Shown piece by piece: positions 34,738 through 43,566 of a stretch of DNA of 43,566 nt. The notes under the pieces were generated by a model. It saw only the letters and a list, made by a program, of their open reading frames with translations, was not told the origin of the DNA and ran no database searches. Position 1 is the first letter of the stretch. Each line of letters starts with the position of its first letter. The stretch covers positions 620,001-663,566 of the forward strand of contig CAUYUJ010000237.1 in NCBI GenBank assembly GCA_963575745.1. The letters run 5' to 3'. Origin of the DNA: Prorocentrum cordatum (Eukaryota). The position numbers and the translations under genes were made by a program.

Positions 34738-37393
34738 GCCATGGGCCACCCACTGCCATGGTGGCGAGCAGCTCCTCGAGGGCAGCGCGCCCCCAGGGAC
34801 GGGGGCTGAGCTTCTTGAGCAGCGCCTGGCAGGAGCCCATGTCGGCGCCGCCCTCGGGCCCCTCGCCGCACCAATGGAGAGCAGCCCGCTGCCAGTGATT
34901 CTCCTGGATGGACTCGCCCAGCGCCTCGAGCACCCTCTTGCTGGAGCCCTCGGCAATGCTTACGTCGGGGAAGGCCCACCTGTCGCGACTGCCGTCGGGT
35001 CGCAGGCGCTCCCGGCCCATGTGGCCGGCTGGGCTCCCCACCAGGCTGCAACGGCAGAGCCTGAAGGGCAGACACTGTGCCTCTCACTAGCCGCGAGCGG
35101 TGGGCGGGCTCGGCCTCCCGCAGACGGGCGTGGATGGGAATCCACGCCCGGGCGGCCGCTTGCGCAGATCTTGGCTGCGCCTCCAAACGTCGACGCAGCA
35201 GCTGACCAGCGCCATCGGCAGCCTCCTTGCAGGGTCCTGCGGCCCCGCTCTGAGCGCCAGCGGCGAGGTGCCGCACCGCCCCCGACGAGGGGTTTTCGTG
35301 AGAGCTGCCAGCCGCCTGCGGAGGGCATGCAGCTGGCTGCCGAGCGTGCCGTAGACCTCCTGCTCGAAGGCGGCCGCCGTCTGGACCCCGACCTTCTCGA
35401 AGAAGCCGCACCTGCCATACTTGCAGGAAGCGCGGGCCATGCCTCGCAAGCGTCCGTGAGCACCGCTGGACTTGAGCATGCGCCTGCGAACCGTGGCTCC
35501 ACAAAAGACGCCTGCCCGCAGCAAGGTCGACGCCACGGCGAGCACCGTGCCCGGCAGCTCGAGCCTCGATGCCGAGCTTCCTCGCGCGGGCTGCGGCCAG
35601 GGCGGCGTCGGCGAGGTGCGAGCACAGGACCGCGCTCTTGGGCGCCACCTCGAGGCTCTCCTGCTGGATGCCCTGCCCGAAGTCGACGATCCCCTGGGAG
35701 GGCGCCTCCACGACCTCTCTCCTCGAGCCCGCCGCGGACAGGGAGAGGTCGTCCACCCACTTCCTCGGGGTGAGCAGCCGCGGGGCCCCGAGAGCCAGCA
35801 GGCGGAGCGTGCGCTAGGTCGTGCATCTCGCGAAACGCGTGCCCGACCTGACTCCCTGCACCACCGACTGGGGCGGCCGGACGATGCGCGAAGCCACACC
35901 GTCCTGGAGCAGCGCGCGTCCTGCCGCGCACTGCTGGAGTTCCAGCGCCAGCACCACGGGAGGGAAGCCACAACGCTGCGGAGCCCCCGCGAGACCCGTC
36001 CACGACGTGCTGCCGCAGAACTTCTGGATGTCGATCGTGCCGTGCCCGTGCGTGATGCCAAGTGCTGCATACGCCCCCTCGTCAGCTGCCCGACCGAAAA
36101 GGCTTCTCGCAGGGCTGAGCTGTCCGCGACTGCGGCGCCCCAGGGAGGTCCCGTCGTGCGCGGCCACTCCTTCATGGGCTCCTCCCGGATCTTGCTTCGA
36201 CATCTGGTGGCCATGCTCGGGACCCCTCTGTTCCTTTCCCCGCCGTCCTTCCTGCCGAGGACGCGGCCGAGCACCCGAAGCAGCTGCGCAGGCCAGGTGC
36301 CAGCTGTCTCTGCTGCTGCGAAGAGGTCGACAGGCTCCTCGATGGCGGCATCGGGCAGGCGAGCCAGGTCCCGAACCGTGGGCCGATCGACCCCCAGACC
36401 TGTGCTGGGTCGCATACGACAAAGGGCCTGCCGCACATCCTCGACGGTGATGGGGTGCAGCTCGGTGAAGGGGATCTGTTCACGGAGGTCCTCGAAGAGC
36501 GAGCTCAACTCCACGTCGTCCGCGGCCTTCGGCGCCCACGGGCCCGTCCAGACGTCGGCCTTGCTGTCCAGCATCTCCGTGGGCTGGACTAGTATGGATC
36601 CTCCAACCAAGAGCTCATCAGCTGGTAGAGCAGCCCTGCGCAGAGAACTACAGACGACAGGCGTGGCCTCCACCGTGCTGATCCACAGGCGGAACTCTCA
36701 GAAGGACGCACCAATGGCGCGGTGCTTGGCGCGGCCAGCTGCAGCATGGGCTCCCGACTCCAGAGCCCCGACGCGCTCCTCGGGGATAGCGTGCACGTCG
36801 ACCAACCCTTCGAGCACGGCGCGAAACCGAAGCCGTCCCTCGCCGCCACGCGCGCCTCCACGATCCCTGGCGCCCCCCTCGCTGCCAGCTTCGGCCAGCA
36901 GCAGGAGGAGGAGGAGGAAGAAGAAGAAGAGACAAGTGATAAGGTCCTGCTCGTTCTCGCCGTCCTCCTCCTCCTCCTCCTCCTCCTCCTCCTCCTCCTC
37001 CTCCTCCTCCTCCTCCTCCTCCTCCCCACTCGTCCTCCCCCCCCCTTCCTCCTGCGAATGCTCTTCCTCGCTCGCCTCCTCCCCTCCTCGTCCTCCCCCC
37101 CCCTCCTCCCCCCCCCTTCCCTCCTCTGCCTCCCCCGGAGGAGCCTTGCGCGGGAGCGGGGGCGGGGAGGGGAGGCACGTGGGAGGGAGAAGAGGGATGG
37201 TGCGTTCCCGAGAGGGTCCCGCTGTCGGTGCATCTCGCCCCCCCCCCGGCGGAGGGCTGGTGGCATCAGACCGGCGGTGGGCCCGCCGGCGGAAGCTCGG
37301 CTGGGCGATCGGGAGGAAAGGCACCGTCATGGGCGATCCGAGTCGCCAGAAGTCTGCGTTGTGCACTGCAGGATGGATCGATTCTAGATCGTC

Positions 37394-37569
37394 ACCACCT
37401 ACCAAACCACCCCAACCCAACCCGAAGGCCTCAATCTGCCCTCCATTTCCAGTGCCGGGGGGGGGGGTCAGGGAGCGTTGAAAAAGCACATGGAACCCGT
37501 ACCCCCCCAACCCGAAATGCGGGTCAAATTCGGGTCTTCGGGTTGGGTTGGGGTGGTCTGGTAGGTAGT
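37394..37569. mobile_element. MITE-like element with ~47-bp TIRs
   Basis: ACCACCTACCAAACCACCCCAACCCAACCCGAAG versus CTTCGGGTTGGGTTGGGGTGGTCTGGTAGGTAGT. TSD unclear. Confidence 0.75.
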
Positions 37570-38279
37570 CAGATCGTTCGTCCGTGGTTCTTCAGAGGGG
37601 GACTGGCGTCGGTGGCCCAGCTTTCGTTGTTAAATTTGTTCTGCAGGCGTGTTGGCGGAAATATGTCGCCAGGAAGAGTTGTTGGTGACCAGCATCGGAA
37701 ATAAGCATATGACACATTTAACGATGTGTGCCCCGCCTGTGTTCGTACAGGCCGATCCTTTCAATGGTGGCACGCGGTGGGGCAAGGCAGATGCCAGATA
37801 TGAGGATTTGCGCTTGCTCTTTCCGTGAGTCCGTAAGGACAAGCAATACACACTATGAGTTCCGGTTTCACCAATCCAGGTTGATCGATAGCCATTCAAT
37901 GAGATATCGGTGAAGTTTGCGTGATGCCATCGTACGGTGGTTCTAAATGCTTTCGCCTCGCTATTGTTCTTAGGCTGTTCCGCCTTCGTAAATTCACCCT
38001 CTTTCGTCGTGATTCGTTGACGTAGTTGCAGCAATCATTATACGTACTGGTCACATGCGATGTGTACTCTCATTATGTCTCCTCCCGATCTTGGCGGCCC
38101 TGTGCATTCGACCATACTTGAAAGCTCACGCTGACATCCACAGGAGTGGAGCGCCTGAACGCCGACGTCTCACAAGAAAGTGCACTGGAAGTACCCGCGT
38201 TAGCTATCAGGCAGCACGAGGCCGCTGATCCGCTGATCCATGACATCAATTGCCTCTGGCCTCTGGCCCAACCCGCCAT

Positions 38280-38500
38280 CCTTGGATGCATCCACGGACT
38301 CTTGGGATGCCTCTCGGGGGGCTCTTGGAAGACTTTTGGGAGCTTTTTGGGGGCCTCTTGGGGCCTCTTGGGGGCCCCTAGGGTGCCGTTTCCTTACATT
38401 GTGGGGTGGAGGGCTCGGAATCCCCGTCGTTTCCCCCCTCTTGCATATTGGGTGTTCTTGGGCCGTCTTGGGGCGACATTGGGGCCCTCTTGGGCCGGCT
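38280..38500. repeat. Degenerate 11-bp (TTGGGGCCTCT-like) minisatellite
   Basis: TTGGG-initiated units at about 11-bp period in 38300-38385 and 38455-38500. Confidence 0.7.
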
Positions 38501-39520
38501 CGGATTTCCTTGCACCGAAGAGACAACGATGCACACATGGTTGAACAGTTTTAGGTTGTTCAACGGTTGGGGCCTGTTGGGCCAGCATGAGTCAGCACCA
38601 TGTTCGGGCCGATTCGGGGCCTTCTTGAACCATCTTGAGGCCCTCAAGGGACCCCGCGGACCGCCTTGAGGTGCTCTGGCCCAGGAGGCCCGCGACAAGC
38701 CCCAGGAAATCCGCGAGTTTGGGGTCTGGGCCCTCCATAGAGCATGTACAGTACTCACACAGAAAGCCCTAAGCGACTTTCGAACACTCCACTAAGTGCC
38801 TAGCGGCACGGTGGAGAATCCGATCGTGGCCACAGCAGGTACCAACAGTTGCGCATCGGGCACTTCGATGCGACACTGCACCGTCGGCCCCAGCGCCGTT
38901 GGAGATCGTGCCTCGGTAGACACGGCCCGATCGTGTCAGCCCTGGTGCCAGCTCTCAACCCTCCGACACTGCGTTTTTACACTACATAGACCACTCGGCC
39001 CCACCCCTTAGACCCTTTTTTTGCCGCGGGCCACTGGTTACGGTTCCCAGGGCTCGGCGACGGGCTCCAGGTTTCAGGCGCCAGAGCGGAGAGAAAATGC
39101 ATTTCTCGTTTTTTGTTCGCGACGTCTGAGTTTTGGGCCCATACTTTTCTCGTCGCAGGCATCGGCACCCTGACTTGTTCTGGAGCGGGTTCTGATCGGG
39201 ATTCTTCGAGACTTATGCAGCCGTGGCAGCGAGGTGCCCACATCCCCCTCTCCCTCCTCCCTCCTCCTTGCGCTTGTGAGTGGGGCGCAACTCTGGCTCC
39301 CTGCAGACGTTCAGGACCTCGGCGAGGCGCAGCTGATGGAGAACACCTCGGGGCCGAAAGTTCCCAGGAGCTTCAGGGACCACCGAGAAACTCAGAGAAA
39401 GTCCCCCGTGCCCCCCTGCCCATTTTTCCAGCCGCGGGGGGAGGGCGAGAAGGGGGGCACCGACCGAGGAGGAGGAGGAGGAGTAGGAGGAGGAGGAGGA
39501 GGAGGAGGAGGAGGAGGAGG

Positions 39521-40630
39521 ACCAGTGTAAACCCAAGAGTCATCAACGATGTTGGAGTAAACCCTCCCTCCAAGCTCCCTCTTCTTGGGCCCTCATACAA
39601 CGGTTCATTTCCATTGATTGAACTGCCCCGTTGGAAGACACCCGTTTGCAGACCCTGAAGCATGCCAAACCATTGCTCTCGGGATTTCAGCGCCATGGAT
39701 CAACCTGACTGATGCGTCTTGACGATCCTGAATTGTTCCCGAACGCCATTCATAGGATTTTAACATACATAATCAACGTAACTGTTGCTCCCGCATAATC
39801 CTAAACCCTTCCACAACACACTTTCTGGTATGTTGATGATGGGTATCCGTGAACATCTTGAAGATGCTGAAAACGAATGTGCGCCGCGCTCAGGCGAGAG
39901 CCACATTTTGAAAACGGCCCGCCCTCAAGCCGTGGAGCTCTTTGCAATGTCTTAAACGAATGTGCGCATTGCTCAGGCGAGAGCCACATTTTGAAAACGG
40001 CCCGCCCTCAAGCCGTGAAACTCTGGCAAATGTTTAAGACGAGTGTGCGCCGCGCTCAGGCGAGAGCCACATTTTGAAACCGACCCGCCCTCAATCCGTG
40101 AAGCTCTTGCATGTTAAAAACGAATATGCGCCGCGCTCAGGCGAGAGCTACTCTTTGAAAACGACCCGCCCTCAATCCGTGAAGCTCCTTGCAATTCTTA
40201 AAACGAATGTGCGCCGCTCTCAGGAGAGAGCCACACTTTGAAAACGACCCGCCCCAAATCCGTGAAGTCCATGCAAATGTTAAGAACGAATGTGCGTCGC
40301 GTTCAGGCGAGAGCCACATGTTGGAAACGGCCCGCCCTCAATCCGTGAAACTCGTGCAAATGTTTAGAACGAGTGTGCGTTGTGTTCATGCGAGAGCCAC
40401 ATGTTGGAAACGGCCCGCCCTCATTCCGTGAATCTCTTGCACATGTTTTGAACAAATGTGCGTCGCGCTACGGCGAGAGCCACATGTTGAAAACCACCCG
40501 CCCTCCATCAGTGAAACTGTGGCCACTTTTGAAGCTTCAGAGTCATAAGTGGTGAGGAAGTCTCAGGCGAAACGCCGGCCCGACCTAAAAACTGGCCTCG
40601 GGGTGCGACAGAGAGAAATTATTCATAAGG
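39521..40630 (+). mobile_element. Best-preserved copy of the composite element: head, ~3 x 73-bp, 8 x 83-bp, tail; GAG tracts on both sides
   Basis: 73-bp units at 39681, 39754, about 39826. 83-bp units at 39873, 39956, 40039, 40120, 40203, 40286, 40369, 40452. Confidence 0.85.
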
Positions 40631-40637
40631 AAAGGAA

Positions 40638-40671
<34 letters not shown>

Positions 40672-41041
40672 GGAGGAGGCGGAAACACAGAGGGGGAAGG
40701 AGAGGGCGTGAGGATCACCTGGTTCTTCTTTCCCCTGCCCCACCCGTCCCCGTCGGGTAACGTGCCCACTTCCCGCTGGCGGGTGCCTCGCCCTGCGAGT
40801 TGACTTGTCCGTTGGCTCGGCGCAGACTGCAGGCGCCGACCGCAGGCGACCGCAGCAGCAGGCTCCGAAGGGGCGCCAACCGATCCCGAGGGCGCCCAGC
40901 GAGCAGCGATCGGCTCCGACCGGAAGGGCGCCGACCGAAGCCGGCCTCCGCCAGCGGCCGGCCGAGGTCCTGACCAGGGCGACCCTGTTGTTTGCCGCCG
41001 CCAACGTCCGAGAAGCAGAGGCGGCCGGGCGCTCGGGCCCC

Positions 41042-42090
41042 GCTGGCCCCCCTTTCCGCGTGGGCGGGCGGCCAGCGCGCCCGACGGCCCCCGAGGAGCA
41101 GGAGGAGGAGGAGGAGGAGGAGGAGGAGGAGGAGGAGGAGGAGGAGGAGGAGGAGGAGGAGGGAGGAGGAGGCGGAGGAGGAGGAGGAGGAGGAGGAGGA
41201 TGAGGAGGAGGAGGAGGGAGGAGGAGGAGGAGGAGGAGGAGGAGGAGGAGGAGGAGGAGGAGGAGGAGGGAGGAGGAGGAGGAGGAGGAGGAGGAGGAGG
41301 GAGGAGGCGGAGGAGGAGGAGGAATGAGGCGGGGGAGGAGGAGGAGGAGGAGGAGGAGGAGGAGAGGAGGAGGAGGAGGAGGAGGAGGAGGAGGAGGAGG
41401 AGGAGGAGGAGGAGGAGGAGGAGGAGGAGGAGAGGAGGAGGAGGAGGAGGAGGAAGAGGAGGAGGAGGAGGAGGAGGAGGAGGAGGAGGAGGAGGAGGAG
41501 GAGGAGGAGGAGGAGGAGGAGGAGGGGGAGGGAGGAGGAGGAGGAGGAGAGGAGGAGGAGGAGGAGGAGGAGGAGGAGGAGGAGGAGGGGGAGGGGGGAG
41601 GGGGAGGGGGAGGAGGCTGGCTGGCTGCGCTTCTTGCGGTGCTCGCCGCCACGGCCGGGCGCAGCATGCCACGGGAGTGTCTCGTCGGCGTGGCCGGGTG
41701 CAGCTGGACAAGGTGGCTTTCATGGGCTCCAGGAAGGGGGGTCAGAAGGGCCGATCTCCAGCGGGTTCTGACGTCGTCGTTTGGGGGGCTGGCCCCCCTC
41801 CGCGTGGGCGGGCGGCCAGCGCGCCCGATGGCCCCCGAGGAGGAGGAGGAGGAGGAGGAGGAGGAGGAGGAGGAGGAGGAGGAGGAGAAGGAGGGGGAGG
41901 GAGAGGAGGCTGGCTGGCTGGCGCTTCTTGCGGTGCTCGCCACCACGGCCGGGCGCAGCATACCACGGGAGTGTCTCGTCGGCGTGGCCGGGTGCGGCTG
42001 GACAAGGTGGCTTTGATGGGCTCCAGGAAGGGAGTGTCAGAAGGGCCGATCTCCAGCAGGTTCTGACGTCGTCGTTGGGGGGGGGGGTTC
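41042..42090. repeat. Tandem unit (293 bp in its shorter form) containing a variable (GAG)n tract
   Basis: GGCTGGCTGGCTG...CTGACGTCGTCGTT at 41615 and 41908. Pre-tract motif at 41042 and 41788. Further degenerate pieces extend to about 42560. Confidence 0.9.
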
Positions 42091-42629
42091 GGGTGTGCCT
42101 GCAAGTCGTAGTCGGCACGGTCGGACGCAGCTTAATCTTTGATGGACACGAGGGAAGGGGCCCAAGATATGATCTCCAGTGGGTCCTGACGTCGTCGCTT
42201 CGATGGTGTACGGGCGTCTCTCGAGGTTCTCGTCGCCAAGGCTGGGCGCAGCTGGAGAAAAAAGCAGCCTTGGATGATGGACCCCGGGAGGGTGTTCCAG
42301 CGGGAGGGTGTTCCAGCGGTCCTCCTCCTCCTCCTCCTCCTCCTCCTCCTCCTCCTCCTCCTCCTCCTCCTCCGGGGGGGGGCGTTCACGGACCGTTTTC
42401 CGGCGGGTGGCGTCGTGGAGGCCGTCAGCGTGTCTGGAGTTCTCGCCGCCATGGCCGGACGCAGCTGGAAAGGCTGGCTCGGATTGGGCACCGGGCATGG
42501 GTCCAGGGACAAAATCTTTCAGCGGGTCTGGTGGAAACGGGGTCCTCAGGTGTGTTCCATCGGTCTCGGGCCTCCCAGGGCCTTCCCCCGGGGCCCAGGA
42601 CCGTGGAGGAAGGGCCTGCAAGGAAGAGC

Positions 42630-42856
42630 GGACCAGGGGAATAGCCTGAAGTCGGGCCTGTCCCCCTACAGGGGGATTTTCGCCGAAAAATGACCCCCAA
42701 CATAGTCACAACAAATAATCAAACATAGTCGGGGGATTATTTTTTCAGTATTTTTTTGACCTCTTTGGGGTATCTTTGGGGTATATCTTTTATTTGTCGT
42801 CGAAAATCCCCCCGTAAGGGGGGACAGGCCCGACATAAGAATCGCCCCCGTGGTCC
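42630..42856. mobile_element. MITE-like element with AT-rich core
   Basis: GTCGGGCCTGTCCCCCTAC.GGGGGATTTTCG (from 42651) versus CGAAAATCCCCCCGTAAGGGGGGACAGGCCCGAC (to 42834); outer GGACCA / TGGTCC. Confidence 0.75.
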
Positions 42857-43000
42857 AGGACCGAGTCGTCCCCTTGTGCCAAGCACAGTGCCGGTGGCGG
42901 GCAGGGGCTCCCGAGGCTCCAAGGTTTATTCTGCCCAGGCATGCCAGCGCCATGGGAAGCACGCTGCGAGCCTGTGCGTCGGGGGTGGACAGACCTCCTA

Positions 43001-43212
43001 CAGTCAACGCGCATAGTAAGGACAAACGATTTTTTCAAGGGTACCCTTGGGTCCTTGCCTGCCGCAGCCTCTGCGGCCCGTCCCTAGCAATTTTCGCAGG
43101 CCAGTTTCTCAGGTTCCCTGCGGGTTTGGCCGCCTGCCGCCCAAAATACTTCAACTTCGGCCTCCAAGGGTCTCGCGTCCTTACCACGCGTCCTTACTAT
43201 ACATTTTCACTG
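43001..43212. mobile_element. TA-TSD MITE family A copy 3
   Basis: TA|CAGTCAACGCGCATAGTAAGGAC...AAGGGTACCCTT...GTCCTTACTATACATTTTCACTG|TA. Confidence 0.8.
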
Positions 43213-43566
43213 TACCCCGACACGTCGATTAAGGAATTGGCCGTCCTCGGCTCGCGAGAGGGCGCCGCGGCCGTCACTCTTGCGGGTCCGGGTCCGTCGG
43301 TTTCGGTCCCGGGCCGTCTTCACTTAAGGGGAGGTGTGCTAAAGGGAGGCTTGTCCACCGCCGACTGCGCCTCGTCTCGGGCCCCGGGGCCACGAATGGT
43401 GGCAGCTCTTCGGGACGAGCGTGCGCGGCGCGGCGGGGGGCTGTTTGGGAGCGCCGAGGCTCAACCTCATGACGGCCGGGAGGCCTCGGGCGAAACGTCT
43501 GGTCAGCCGTGCCGCAACAGTTGGTGCTGTGACGAGGAGGGGCTACCTGCAAGGAAGCGGGAAGAC

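Larger units (their letters stand above)
32760..36900 (-). mobile_element. Decayed non-LTR retrotransposon (LINE): RT, CCHC knuckle, RNase H, C-terminal Cys/His knuckles; multiple frameshifts and 4 insertions
   Basis: PITVEDVRQAL..MRPSTGLGVD, TWPAQL..KDGGER, DIQKF (36018-36032), QG (35853-35858), WVDD (35748-35759). CPRC..ET..HR..C (34495-34555). RNase H pieces SGG..LLRRVG, GPLQTVHRGEL, SDN, ADPW, RSH..IGSAVAG. HELDDSGGCKRC and LCEGCG..C. No endonuclease domain seen; 5' end stops at a GAG tract. Confidence 0.9.

Noticed and set aside
35472..37481. 669-aa plus-strand ORF
   Set aside because: Antisense shadow of the minus-strand RT region, running through microsatellites.
39873..40535. Regular 83-bp period as a CRISPR array
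   Set aside because: The variable parts are homologous to each other, not unique spacers, and there are no cas genes.

Overview
Non-genic, repeat-saturated, GC-rich eukaryotic DNA with one 100-N scaffold gap (6724-6823). The abundant (GAG/CTC)n tracts and the type of retroelement resemble dinoflagellate (Prorocentrum-like) genomes; this is inference, not an identification. No intact host gene, RNA gene or CRISPR array is supportable, and almost all listed ORFs are read-through of microsatellites or GC-rich DNA. The only recognisable protein-coding relic is a decayed minus-strand non-LTR retrotransposon (about 32760-36900: RT with WVDD, CCHC knuckle, RNase H, two more Cys/His knuckles, possibly a long C-terminal extension to about 30890). 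It is split by four insertions, three of which restore the reading frame exactly when removed. One of these is a 109-bp (GAG)n tract that looks inserted de novo into RNase H. The rest is a mosaic of about ten families of 130-230 bp inverted-repeat elements (2-, 3-, 4- and 5-bp target-site duplications where visible), a GAG-associated composite element carrying 73-bp and 83-bp internal arrays (5 whole or partial copies), a 103-bp satellite, a 1-1.7 kb macro-tandem, and GGGCGT, CTA and GAC micro/minisatellites.
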